Below are positions 1 to 10,812 of a DNA stretch of 38,799 bases, one piece after another (within the stretch, counting starts at the first letter, position 1; each line of letters begins with the position of its first letter). This DNA comes from Asterionella formosa (lineage: Eukaryota). The stretch is from contig NKIB01015014.1 in NCBI GenBank assembly GCA_002256025.1, forward strand, positions 1 to 38,799. The letters run 5' to 3'. The notes beneath the pieces were generated by a model. The model had not been told where the DNA came from, did no database searches, and worked only from the letters and a program-made list of their open reading frames with translations. The translations under genes were made by a program, and so were the position numbers.

Positions 1-228
1 AGTGGGATTAGTGATATGCAATGTGACATGGAACGAACGAATAGAACCAAGTACCGATAGCGCATTCAAGAAAACGAAAAGAACGATCTTCGCGACGTAC
101 TTCTGTTGATGAAATGCAGCCCATCCTATTAAATTTATGTGCAACTATTATACCTGGTTATTAAGCAAGCAGAGAGCAGGATAGATTCAGTGACAGTGAA
201 GGCAAGAGCTTTTTTATGTTGGTATGCC

Positions 229-251
229 GCTGCTGCTGCTGCTGCTGCTGC
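229..251. repeat. (GCT)n microsatellite, about 7 units
   Basis: gctgctgctgctgctgctgctgc read directly. Confidence 0.9.
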
Positions 252-728
252 ATTATTATTCATGACTTATACAGGTAATTTGGTCATGCTTGTCAAATGG
301 TGAAGCATCATCGTGCAATATATAAAATATACACCATAAATAAAATATACTAGGTAAAGACTGTAAACTGCATGTGTCTGCGCTTGGACGTTAAAAAAAC
401 ATATCATGTGTACATTGGTATAACATAAATTGTTCTACTCATAACCCCAAAATTTGTGTTTGTGTTGACCAAATTTGGTAACTCTGGTTTGCACCTCAAA
501 TTCTTTTACAGTTACAAACAACAATGCAAAATATAAAAATGTATATTTTCATGTATGACTACATATATAATTTCCCAGAATATGGGGCATCCCAAATAAC
601 CACCTCCTCAACAGCAAGTGTTGAACCGCCCCATTCAGGCAATGATGAATTCAATGATAGCTTCGAAAATGCTATCAGTGCAGCAATCGTTGCAATCTCC
701 AACCACAACAATATTGAGTACAAATGCA

Positions 729-1555
729 TGACAACTGCCTGACTGAAGTTGCTTGACAATTTAAGCCAAATCTTTGACAAGGGTTGTTACCATTCATCAG
801 CCATGTCAAAATTGTTTTGGTGTGATTTGATCATTGCATGAGACTTCTTTGATACAAAAAATTCAGAGTCTACAACAACTTTCTTACCTGTTGCACTATA
901 AACACCAGTTTCAATTTGGTCATATAAAGACATCAGGAGAAAAAAGAAAAAAGTTTGTCTCATAGTGTTCTTGAGTCCACCCATTGTAGAAAATTGTTCT
1001 GCTGTGTTTCATTTCTAGCTCATTGCAGACAAGTGAGATTCAGACCATCCATTGCTCCCCAATCATTCTTTATCAAAGGTTACTTCTGATGAATCATGGA
1101 TGCAAATAAAGTGGTTTCGGCTACAGTAGGTAGAGAAGCAATGGCATCATCATTCTTAGTCAGAAGCACTTTGACAGCCATCCACCTTGAAAACCTCAAC
1201 CAAATGCTCAAGGAGCTGTGAGTTAAGCCGAAAACGATCTGAAGAGCTATATAGGATCCACAAGTTCTAGTCCATGCCACTGATGGAACACATGAGCCTG
1301 GGCCGACCAGGTTTTGCTGTTGAATTCCTAACAATGAATTCCGTTTTTCCTACAAGGAGTAAAGGAATCAAAACAAGGCTTGAATAGCTGGTGTAGGAGC
1401 TCAAAGGAAGCATGATCAAACCCACACAATGTGATGAGTGCATCATTATGCTTGTTATTGAAAAAATTCCAGAATGGACTTAACAATGGATGCTTTAGTG
1501 CAGCACAATGCTGGATGTTGCCACTTCTTCTGCTGACCTTATTGACACCAGTCAA
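729..1555 (-). mobile_element. Decayed PIF/Harbinger (DDE_Tnp_4-like) transposase pseudogene, internally deleted
   Basis: Minus-strand fragments in order: DALITLCGFDHASF, AWTRTCGS..LQIVFGLT..LSIWLRF, WGAMDGL (1044-1061), QNNF-YNGWTQEHY, FLFSPD, TGKKVVVDS..MIKSHQ, ATSVRQLS (729-752). Several stops and frameshifts. The segment normally found between FSPDG and LYD is missing. Confidence 0.8.
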
Positions 1556-2207
1556 GCTTTCATTAAATGATGGCGTTTTCTAGCAGCAGCAATGTGATGA
1601 TCATGTTATGATCATCATCCTTGACATGGTCAGTGGCCAACAATGGTGAAATTATGAAACTCAAATATAATGAAATACAAACCAACTAATAACAATACAA
1701 TCTAACTATTAAGAACCGCAGTTATCTTACTACCGCATATCATAATGCCTGTCCTGATGTACATACAGGAATATATTTATTTGTGCGTACCTGTACCTTG
1801 TACCAGGTACTGAGGCAGACGAAAGGAAAACATCGTGGCAGCACATAATAGCTCTCCTCTATACATAGTATTCTCTACAACCTAGTTAATAATACTGCTA
1901 AATTTGATTACCGGTACCGGTAGCTGATACCATCAACTGTGCACATTGGATGCTGGATGGATGCCTTGTTCTCGAATTCACATGAGGACACAAGAAACGG
2001 CGACAAACCATCAAGCTCCCAACTGCACAAAAACTACCGGTACACTCCTATACTACCAGTGCCAATTTATACAAAGGGATTACCGGTAGTAATTCAATCA
2101 ACCGCTCCAAAAGCATTTGCCAACGCTCAAACATTTCAATATATTATAGAAAACAGGGCATTTCATCAAAATTCAGATTTGATCCACTCCTGGATAAAGA
2201 CCTCATC

Positions 2208-3191
2208 ATGCCACGCAAAGTTGCCAAACAATCCTCCGACGATAAACCTGTCAAACCCAAGACTGGCCTATTCGTAACCGACGCCAAGGAGATGGACATT
2301 ATTGTTGCACGAGGCATAACCTGTTTTAAGAAACATCCCGGAAATTCATTGTACAGAGATTTAGTGCTGGACGCACTTGCCAAAATGAAAAAAGGCGCGA
2401 ATATTCATGGTTTGATTCAATCTATCATTGAATGTATTATGATTCAGCGGGGAGGCAGGTTCTTGATACCTGATGAACACGGGTGGAGGGTTATGGAAGA
2501 AACTGCAATTCGACTAAAGATCTTGTATGCTATCAAAAATGCTGAACGCAAGGCTTACAAAGATGTTGATAGAGATGAACTCACAGGGAGTGAGGAAGAG
2601 GAACATTCTACCAAGACAAAAAAGAGAAAAAGGAACGGGGAAGAGGAACATTCTCCAAAGCCACCCAAGAGAAAGCAGAGTAGAGTGGAGGAACATTCTC
2701 CCAAGCCACCCAAGAGAAAGCAAAATGGGGAGGAGGAACATTCATCCATGATGAGGAAACCAAGAACTCCAGCAGGATTATCCAACATCAAATCTTCAAT
2801 TGTAAAATCTCTTGAACACCCTGCACCTGAACCCATACCAATGAGAGTGCCAATATCGACCAGACCTCCAATAATTCATGAAGCCAGGGAAGGATCCACA
2901 GTAATTCCGACCTTCACATTGAAGCTCATTTCCTTCATGTGTAATCAATCATGTCCCGAAGCTGCCCTTGTGGCATTAGATGCACCACTAGAACAAGAAG
3001 AAACAGACAGCCAACGTCAAACTCGACTGCAGCTTCGGCAACGATACATTGCTGCAATGAGTATAGGCATGTCACCATTGACATTTTCAAAACGATTGAT
3101 GGGGTTGTGGGGTGGAAACGTTTTGTATATCAACATTACACATAACATTAGTTCTCCACAGGAAGAGTCTCTACCAGCTGCACAGAAATAA
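2208..3191 (+). CDS. DUF6824-domain protein (diatom-expanded family) with Lys-rich NLS-like repeats, 327 aa
   Basis: DIIVARG..HPGN.LYR.LV..GGRFL..W..K pattern typical of DUF6824; ATG to stop intact. Confidence 0.8.
   Translation: MPRKVAKQSSDDKPVKPKTGLFVTDAKEMDIIVARGITCFKKHPGNSLYRDLVLDALAKMKKGANIHGLIQSIIECIMIQRGGRFLIPDEHGWRVMEETAIRLKILYAIKNAERKAYKDVDRDELTGSEEEEHSTKTKKRKRNGEEEHSPKPPKRKQSRVEEHSPKPPKRKQNGEEEHSSMMRKPRTPAGLSNIKSSIVKSLEHPAPEPIPMRVPISTRPPIIHEAREGSTVIPTFTLKLISFMCNQSCPEAALVALDAPLEQEETDSQRQTRLQLRQRYIAAMSIGMSPLTFSKRLMGLWGGNVLYINITHNISSPQEESLPAAQK
2595..2747 (+). repeat. 45-bp (15-aa) coding tandem repeat, about 3.4 copies (EEEHSPKPPKRKQNG)
   Basis: Units containing gaggaacattc start at 2595, 2640, 2685 and 2730. 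Confidence 0.9.
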
Positions 3192-3799
3192 ATAAATCGA
3201 AACCTGGGGATTTGGATAAATATTATTCATGCTGCCATTCATTCATTGTATGTAGTCCATGAGGTTGTGCAAACACATGGGTGAACAATTACATGGTGGT
3301 GTTGGTGATCAGTTCAATTATCATCAAGCTCGCCTCGTGAATGTACTAGTAAAAGTATAGTTTATCGTTGACTTTTAGGAAAAGATATTCTGCCCCCCCG
3401 TTTTTGATAAAGGGGTCAATCAGGAGTGAGGCCAACCTGGCATTCATTGTATTGATAGTATTGTATTGTACATGTTGCAAGCATACACCCTCAGTTTGAA
3501 GGTTTGCATAACATTTGCCTCATGGTCATGCCCATATTTCTTGCTGGGTTGCTTTACAGAACAAATCCTTTCATGAAATTTCCCATTTACAGAGTTGTGC
3601 CTTTTGGAACAACACTATCAGACATGATAAATTCACAGCCATGGTGGTCTTCCTTTTGGTTGAGTACCCATTCCACCTCTACATGATCATTGATCATACA
3701 TATTCAAACCCACCACTACTTTATGATTAATATATGTGTAACTCACTCTACAATTATCATTGACTCTGGAGATCAATTTTTTTAGGCAGCATGGTGATG

Positions 3800-6097
3800 C
3801 TACTCCCAATAATGTGGTGCCAACTCTCGCAACCATCTTGCTTCTATGGTACTGCAAGAGCGAATCTCAATTCCTCCTCTGGATCCATCATGTGTCTCTC
3901 CAAATACAATATATTCACTTGCATTTCCATGAGAGTGTAGCACGCTCAAATTGGCAGGTGTCACCATATGCTTCCCACGAACTGTATAGTAGCGACCGTC
4001 ATTTGCAAGCTTGGCAACATAAAAGAAGAATCCAGCTGTCACACACCTGCGAATTGCCTTACTTCGTTCCCCTTGATCGTCGCCAGTCACATTCATTCCA
4101 TGGACACGCCCATATCGTCGTAAGAAGCGAGATAGCTGATCTCTAACTTCCATGGCACGTTTCAAGGCCACAAAACTGATAAACTTTTCCTTGCATTCAT
4201 CGGCATCCAATCCTCGATCGTCCACATCTGCCATTATATTTGCATACGTCACATGGTCACCACTAGGATCCACAAGGTCAGACATCATGGCAGCATCGTA
4301 GTCAAGTTGTTGACGTTGCGTACGTGGTTGGTGAAAGAGTACCCGAACTTGCATAACTGCAGCAACTGCCAACACCTCCCAAGCGCAGCCCAAATCCAAG
4401 GATGTCAGCAACATTTTAGAAACCCGAGGCTCTGTTGGAAAGGCTGACATGGACATACCCAATGTGGTCAGATTAGTTTGATCATCCAAAGCTCCCAATG
4501 CATACAAAGACTCCAATCCATGAGATAAGGAATCAATGCTAGGTAAATCCAAGAGATGAAAGGACAAGATGTTGTCAACTCCTAATGCTTTCAAGGTTAG
4601 AATAAACCCAGTTAAATTCGATCGTAACACTTCTGGTGGGGTGGAAGAATCCATAGCTTTCATAAAGTACTTTTCTGTATACAGTCTATAGCACTTTCCT
4701 GATTGGACACGTCCAGCGCGCCCAGCTCTTTGACGAGCACTTGCTTGACTGATTGGGGCCACAATTAACCTGTCAAAGCCAGTTTTTGGATCAAAATACG
4801 GTGTCTTCGCGTACCCACAATCAATGACATGAGTTATGTCAGGAACAGTCACTGAAGTTTCAGCAATGTTGGTGGCAAAAATGATACGGCGTGTAGTTTG
4901 ATCTGATTTCGGCGAAAAAACACGAGCTTGCATCTGATACGGTAATGTTCCATGGAGAGGTAGTAAGATTGCTTGCTTCTTCTGGCTTTTGTTTCTGGCC
5001 TTCGTTTCCGTGAGAAGATTATCTGTCATTTGAATGGCAATGTCAATATCTTCTGCAGACGGCAAAAACGCCAATATATCCTCTCCTCCTTCTTTTGTAT
5101 GAATTGCAATGGCTGTTTCGACCGTACATCGTAAATAGTCAGCCACTGGTTCGGACAGATACAGCATATCCACCGGATGTTGTCTTCCATCGACCGATAT
5201 GATGGTTCCGCGAACTACATCGTTCGGCCCATTGGTGGCAATGATGGTATGCTCCCCCTCCCCAATTCGTGGTCCCCATCGTCCTTTTTTAAGTGGTGGT
5301 GGTTGCTGTTGCTGTTGTTGATTTTGTTCTTCGTCCACATTAATCATGGTTGATTGCTGTGGAATAAAAAAGTTTAAAAACGCTTCAGCGTCAATTGTCG
5401 CACTACAAATCACAATGCGCAAATTCGTTCGCTTTCTCAAAATCTTTTTTAAAATGCCCAATAGTGCATCAGAATTGGTAGTCCGTTCATGGGCTTCGTC
5501 AATCATAATAACGGAATAACTAGAAAGTAATGGATCCTGCATGGTTGCTTCTCTCAACAACATGCCATCAGTGACAAATTTAATTCTTGTCATGGTGCGA
5601 GATGTTGTATCATCGAACCGTACAGTATACCCCACCACTGGCGGTACTTCCTTTTGAGTGCTAGATCGTTGTCCTCCTCCTCCAGCAACTTCTTGTAGCA
5701 CTCTTTGTGCCAATGTTTGTGCTGCCAGTCTTCTAGGTTGAGTACATACAATCTGAAACCCTCGATCGGCCCATCCACCTTCCATCATATATTGAGGTAA
5801 TTGAGTACTCTTGCCAGAGCCAGTTTCTCCCACCAGTACTAGAACTTGATTTGTTTCTAGCGCATACAGTATTTGCTTCTTGTGTTTGTAAATGGGAAGA
5901 AGCATCCGTTGCTGATGCTGTGCCATAGATATTCTTGAGCCATAACTCCTGCTACTATGTTGTTGTTGTTGTTGTTCCGACGCAAAGGATCCTTCTTTGC
6001 CATGATTAGGGACAGACGGCAGCAAAATCTGCCGATGCGACACCGGCTTGGGTTTCCAAAATGCTGAATGCAATTCTTGTCGTTCGGAAGAAGACAT
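3800..6097 (-). CDS. DHX35: DEAH-box ATP-dependent RNA helicase, DHX35-like, 765 aa
   Basis: GETGSGKST, TQPRR, DEAHER, SAT, TNIAETS and QRAGRAGR motifs, plus HA2/OB-like C-terminus; N-terminal AFWKP is typical of DHX35. First in-frame ATG is at 6097 (the ORF track starts at a TTG). Confidence 0.85.
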   Translation of the reverse strand: MSSSERQELHSAFWKPKPVSHRQILLPSVPNHGKEGSFASEQQQQQHSSRSYGSRISMAQHQQRMLLPIYKHKKQILYALETNQVLVLVGETGSGKSTQLPQYMMEGGWADRGFQIVCTQPRRLAAQTLAQRVLQEVAGGGGQRSSTQKEVPPVVGYTVRFDDTTSRTMTRIKFVTDGMLLREATMQDPLLSSYSVIMIDEAHERTTNSDALLGILKKILRKRTNLRIVICSATIDAEAFLNFFIPQQSTMINVDEEQNQQQQQQPPPLKKGRWGPRIGEGEHTIIATNGPNDVVRGTIISVDGRQHPVDMLYLSEPVADYLRCTVETAIAIHTKEGGEDILAFLPSAEDIDIAIQMTDNLLTETKARNKSQKKQAILLPLHGTLPYQMQARVFSPKSDQTTRRIIFATNIAETSVTVPDITHVIDCGYAKTPYFDPKTGFDRLIVAPISQASARQRAGRAGRVQSGKCYRLYTEKYFMKAMDSSTPPEVLRSNLTGFILTLKALGVDNILSFHLLDLPSIDSLSHGLESLYALGALDDQTNLTTLGMSMSAFPTEPRVSKMLLTSLDLGCAWEVLAVAAVMQVRVLFHQPRTQRQQLDYDAAMMSDLVDPSGDHVTYANIMADVDDRGLDADECKEKFISFVALKRAMEVRDQLSRFLRRYGRVHGMNVTGDDQGERSKAIRRCVTAGFFFYVAKLANDGRYYTVRGKHMVTPANLSVLHSHGNASEYIVFGETHDGSRGGIEIRSCSTIEARWLRELAPHYWE

Positions 6098-6254
6098 GAT
6101 GATAGTTTGATGGTGAACAAACGAAAAAGTAATGAATGGCGGCAATCAATCAATCAATGATGATTGTGGAAGATGGTCAAAGTATCGGTAAATAAGCATC
6201 AAACAATGAAAATCAAATGAAAAAGATGAAGGCAATGTACCATTATTTTATTAT

Positions 6255-6395
6255 CGTTTACCGGTATACCAGGTACCCTGGTACCGGTACCGTTATTGGA
6301 CTCTTCCCATCAGCACGACTACCGGTACACAGCTGCATGTTGTAAACAGCTACAGGTTACTGTTACCAGGGTACCTGAGTACAGGGACCTGGTAC
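6255..6395. repeat. GGTACC/ACCGGT palindrome cluster in the divergent DHX35-REV1 promoter
   Basis: ccggtataccaggtaccctggtaccggtaccg plus further copies up to about 6395 (more at about 6690-6712). Confidence 0.8.
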
Positions 6396-6888
6396 CGTTA
6401 TGTGCTTTCATGAGATGGCTGATGGTTTTGAAGAAACAGAATATTCCTTTTCAGATTTCGGCACATCCCAAAATGTGTACAGTACCTGGTATTTAGTATC
6501 TATTGGTATATCCATATAATCATTGCACACATTTACGGTAGGTTTACAACCTGTCTTTTATTAAAAATTCTAAATATACAGAAAATGATGAGAAATAATA
6601 TGAAATAAATCTGAAAAGGAACATTTTATACTTGCGTAATCAAAAATTGCTGCCAACAAAGCAAACCTGAACAGGAATTATACTGGTGATACCTGGTGAG
6701 GTACCAGGTACCTGCTACCCTGGTTGTGTCATTTTATAATTTTCTTTGACCACAGACAACAATTGTCAGGAAGTGCCGACAATGATGGAAGATGGGGGCG
6801 AACAATCATCAGTGATTTGTATAGCACTAGCATATGTTTGTGATGGGTATGGTCCGTTCTTTCACGTCAACCCATCATCATTATCATC

Positions 6889-9800
6889 ATGAAGCCTCCA
6901 AAAAGTATGCAGCCGGAAGGAGCCAAGATGTTGCTGCAACAACAACAAAACGGCAAAGCATCAGCATCAGCAACAGCAATGATGGGTGGATTCGGTCAAG
7001 ATTCCTTTCGTCATTATATGACTCACAAAATTGAAACTCAACGAAAGCAATTTGGAGTACAAGTGCCACCAACACCGCCGCTTTCTCCTAATCAGAATCA
7101 TAATTACTATCAACTGAAACAAGTGAGATTTGACCCATCCATGGAATTACCAGTACTACCAGCACTCGAACTATCATTATCATCAGAACCAATAACAACA
7201 GCAACAGCAACATCGTCATCTCTCCCTAGTAGCAGTACTATGGGTGGCTTAATTTGGAAATTACAAAAACGACATTCACGACGCCGTTTTCTTAAAAAGC
7301 AATGTCAAATAGAGACAAAGGCTGTTGGAGAATCAATACTGCTACCTTACATCAAGGATTTTAAACAACAGCAACAGCAAGAACAGCAGTCGTCAAATCC
7401 GGACTACTACTGCGAGAGGGCAGTCAAGACATCAGAACCACAACATACTCCATCGTTGTCTTCCGCAACAAAATACAATAGACCGGATTTATTCTTTACT
7501 GGTATTTGTGTTTTGATCAATGGGTATACAAATCCAGACAATGAAACATTACAACGTCTTTTACAACGTCACGGAGGAGATGTAGAACGATATGAAACCA
7601 TGAGAGTGACACATATTATTGCCCAAAATTTGTCCATGGCCAAAGCGAAAGCATATAAAAAGCAAAAAAGGCCCATCCCTGTGTGCCTTCCACATTGGAT
7701 TACGGACAGCGTTCAAGCAAAGATGTTATTACCATATGCTGATTATTTATTGAAGGAACTCAAGGATCCGACTGTGATGGGAGTTCAATCATTTTTTCCA
7801 AAAGTCAGAATTGATGAGGAGAGTGGAACTAAACCTATCCTTCGACCTCCAAAATATTCTGTTGAAAATTCATTAAAAAGACTTCGTGATTATAATGAAT
7901 GCTCCATCACCGAGTTGTCTCCGTATTCCAACCAAGCAAATGATCTAGTGATAGAACATGAACAACCATTCACACCTGAACCTATCATCAACCAAAGAAT
8001 TGAGCTTAAAGATTCAGACCACAACGACGACGATCTCATCCCACCCTACAAGAAAACTCATTTTGGTCCCTTCGAAGTACAAGAAACTGTCGAAAATAAA
8101 GCCAATGATTCGTCAGAAAATTCTGTGCATCCAAGTAATGAAACATTCGAAGCAGTTGAATCTTCCAACAATCATCAAATAGACGGTACAAATACATTTG
8201 ATACATTACCAGACATCCCTTCGTTTAATAATCATTCATTCGACCTGGGAAAAGAAAAGGTAGAAATTCATTCTCATGCTCAACAAAATATTATTGCAAA
8301 CACTGAAGGAACATGGAAGTCTCAAGGTACGACAGACTCAAAGTACATCCACGGGAGATTGAGAACTACTGGAACGGACCCTGATTTCCTTCAATCCTTT
8401 TTCCACAAATCTCGACTCAGTTTCATCGGTAGCTTCAATCAACGCGCACGGAACTCTCCCAAGAAGAATGCATTTCGTAAAAACACGAAATTATTGTCGT
8501 CAACCAACAAGATTATCTTTCATATTGATATGGATTCCTTTTTTGCCTCCGTCGTTCTTCGGAACTATCCTGAATACAGGAATAAGCCTGTTGCTATTTC
8601 TCACAATGGATCAAAGGAGGGAGGACCAATTTTGCCAGATAGGAACTCAACGTCTGAGTGCGCAACATGCAATTATATAGCTCGATCATTTGGTATTGAG
8701 AAAGGAATGTTTCTGGGTCGTGCAAGAGAATTATGCCCAGATTTGGTTGTCTTACAGTACGACTTTGAAGGCTACAACGAAGTATCCGAGCAGGTCGCTG
8801 AAATTCTTTGCCTTCACGCCGAGTCGTTTGATGGAAATGTCGAACAGGTGTCTTGCGATGAAGCGTATATGGAGCTTGACCTATTGAGTGACAATGGTAA
8901 ATCTGTAGCTGATATTGCAAAAGGAATCGCAGAAGGAATACGGGAACAAATTTTTTCCGTCACAAACTGCACTGCCACCATTGGCGTTGCATCCAACAAG
9001 CTTCTTGCTAAGCTTGCAACCGACAAAGCCAAGCCCAACGGGTGTCACGTTGTTCAAAATTATCGAGATTTGTTAGAGCCCCTTCAGCTGAGAGACTTGC
9101 ATGGAATTGGTAGGCGTCTGGGCCGAAAGTTAGCGTCCGAGGGGCTAGTCTCCATTCGAGACATTTGGGATCTCGGAGATCGTGCTAAAGGAAAGCTATG
9201 TCGCATCTTGGGGCCTGGAGTTGGAATGAAGATTCTTGGATTCAGTAGAGGTGAAGATAATCGGCCTGTCAAACCTGCTGACCGGAAAACCATTGGAGCA
9301 GAATGCAATTATGGTGTCCGTTTCGACGGTCCATACGGCGTGGACTATATGATGCATGGTCTTGCAAAGGAAATTCAAAAGCGTATGGAGGGAGTCAATG
9401 TTCGGGGAAGTCGCGTGACATTGAAAATAAAGCAACGTAAAGCAAATGCACAAACTCCTCCAAAGTTTCTAGGACACGGCTCTTGTCATAATCATTCTCG
9501 AAGTATAGATACTCCCGGAAAGGCACCTACCAAGGACTGGAAAGAGTTCGCTCGACTTGGAATGATTCTTTTGGACGAGCTTGCCATCCCAAAGGAGGAG
9601 ATACGAGGTATGGGCTTAACCATTAGCAGACTTGTGAAGGGCAGGACTATGGGAGACGAAACTGTGAAAGGACAGCGGGTTTCCTCCTTTTTTGGAGAGT
9701 CTTCTTCTGACCCCATGGGGAGTGATGGTGAATTGGCTTCTCATGATCGCTCTCCACGATCCGATCATAGTGAAGGAAGTGCCAACGTAGCTGTTGCTGT

Positions 9801-10812
9801 CGACACCGGAAGTATTTCGATTCCTACACCTTCAATTCAAATCCATGTGGAGACAATTTCGATGCACTCAAACAAGAGTCAGACAGAGACTGAAGTGATA
9901 TGCATAGAGCAAGACAAAGCCATTACATGTGATGAGAAGTGCATGCTGAACAATTGTCAATGTTTTGAACAAATCCCCCCGCAATCCCCAGATGATGTTG
10001 TCATGGATTTGTTTGTCCCACCAACAAGTGAGTTGCACATGAGTCAAGTGCAAGCAATGCCAAGTTCAATTCGTGAACAAATACTGTCCAAGCTGAAACA
10101 ACGAGTTGATGAACACGAGTTCCACAGTAAAGTAAAAAATGTTGCAAATGCAGCAATTGTAGTAGGTCCTGAGTATCAGCAAGTGAGCATGAAACGAATG
10201 TTCAAGTTGGCTGCAGTGAAATCTGGAACTCATACTCTTACAGGTCATTTTGGAGACTCCCTGTCAATATCACAGCTGGACAGTCTTCCCCTTGCAGTCC
10301 AGCTTCAGATTGCAAACAACGACCACCAGAGCGTAGGTACTATTTCAAAGCGCAAGCCAGTCATACCCGAGAGAATTCCACAAAATAAGGGCCTGGCCAC
10401 GTCCAGTAGTGAGGGAAAACAAAAACAAGCTTCTTCAATTCCAGTGTATGATCCTGTAAAGCAAAATCAGGAGCTTTCCAGTATACCCCAAGTCAAAATT
10501 GCATTTGACAGGTCACTCAACCCAAGAGATTTGTACTTTGAGGATATCATTCCTCTGCATAAGTGGATGGACCAGAATGCTGATGCATCAGAAGGTGCCA
10601 TAAACGAAGTGCTTGCCTTTCTTTCTGTGTGTATTGATGAAGGTCGCCTCATTGATGTTGTTAAGTTGCTTCGTAGCATCAAAAACAGAACCGATGCATG
10701 GAATAATCTGCCATTTTCTCACATTCTTTCTCGAGTGGATGACATGGTACTGAGATCAACAGGGAAAAGGTTAGATCTCAAATGGCTTGGTCTATCTTCT
10801 ACTTTTATATGA
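6889..10812 (+). CDS. REV1: Translesion deoxycytidyl transferase REV1 (Y-family polymerase), 1307 aa, intronless
   Basis: N-terminal YMxxK helix, BRCT domain (FTGICVLINGYT..PHWITDSV), N-digit SRL, HIDMDSFFASV, SCDEAY, KTIGAECNYGVRF, PPKFLGHGSC, UBM-like motifs and C-terminal domain. Confidence 0.95.
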   Translation: MKPPKSMQPEGAKMLLQQQQNGKASASATAMMGGFGQDSFRHYMTHKIETQRKQFGVQVPPTPPLSPNQNHNYYQLKQVRFDPSMELPVLPALELSLSSEPITTATATSSSLPSSSTMGGLIWKLQKRHSRRRFLKKQCQIETKAVGESILLPYIKDFKQQQQQEQQSSNPDYYCERAVKTSEPQHTPSLSSATKYNRPDLFFTGICVLINGYTNPDNETLQRLLQRHGGDVERYETMRVTHIIAQNLSMAKAKAYKKQKRPIPVCLPHWITDSVQAKMLLPYADYLLKELKDPTVMGVQSFFPKVRIDEESGTKPILRPPKYSVENSLKRLRDYNECSITELSPYSNQANDLVIEHEQPFTPEPIINQRIELKDSDHNDDDLIPPYKKTHFGPFEVQETVENKANDSSENSVHPSNETFEAVESSNNHQIDGTNTFDTLPDIPSFNNHSFDLGKEKVEIHSHAQQNIIANTEGTWKSQGTTDSKYIHGRLRTTGTDPDFLQSFFHKSRLSFIGSFNQRARNSPKKNAFRKNTKLLSSTNKIIFHIDMDSFFASVVLRNYPEYRNKPVAISHNGSKEGGPILPDRNSTSECATCNYIARSFGIEKGMFLGRARELCPDLVVLQYDFEGYNEVSEQVAEILCLHAESFDGNVEQVSCDEAYMELDLLSDNGKSVADIAKGIAEGIREQIFSVTNCTATIGVASNKLLAKLATDKAKPNGCHVVQNYRDLLEPLQLRDLHGIGRRLGRKLASEGLVSIRDIWDLGDRAKGKLCRILGPGVGMKILGFSRGEDNRPVKPADRKTIGAECNYGVRFDGPYGVDYMMHGLAKEIQKRMEGVNVRGSRVTLKIKQRKANAQTPPKFLGHGSCHNHSRSIDTPGKAPTKDWKEFARLGMILLDELAIPKEEIRGMGLTISRLVKGRTMGDETVKGQRVSSFFGESSSDPMGSDGELASHDRSPRSDHSEGSANVAVAVDTGSISIPTPSIQIHVETISMHSNKSQTETEVICIEQDKAITCDEKCMLNNCQCFEQIPPQSPDDVVMDLFVPPTSELHMSQVQAMPSSIREQILSKLKQRVDEHEFHSKVKNVANAAIVVGPEYQQVSMKRMFKLAAVKSGTHTLTGHFGDSLSISQLDSLPLAVQLQIANNDHQSVGTISKRKPVIPERIPQNKGLATSSSEGKQKQASSIPVYDPVKQNQELSSIPQVKIAFDRSLNPRDLYFEDIIPLHKWMDQNADASEGAINEVLAFLSVCIDEGRLIDVVKLLRSIKNRTDAWNNLPFSHILSRVDDMVLRSTGKRLDLKWLGLSSTFI

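Noticed and set aside
3250..3760. Stop-interrupted, protein-like minus-strand frame (NDHVEVEWVLNQKEDHHGCEF)
   Set aside because: No recognisable family and too degraded to call
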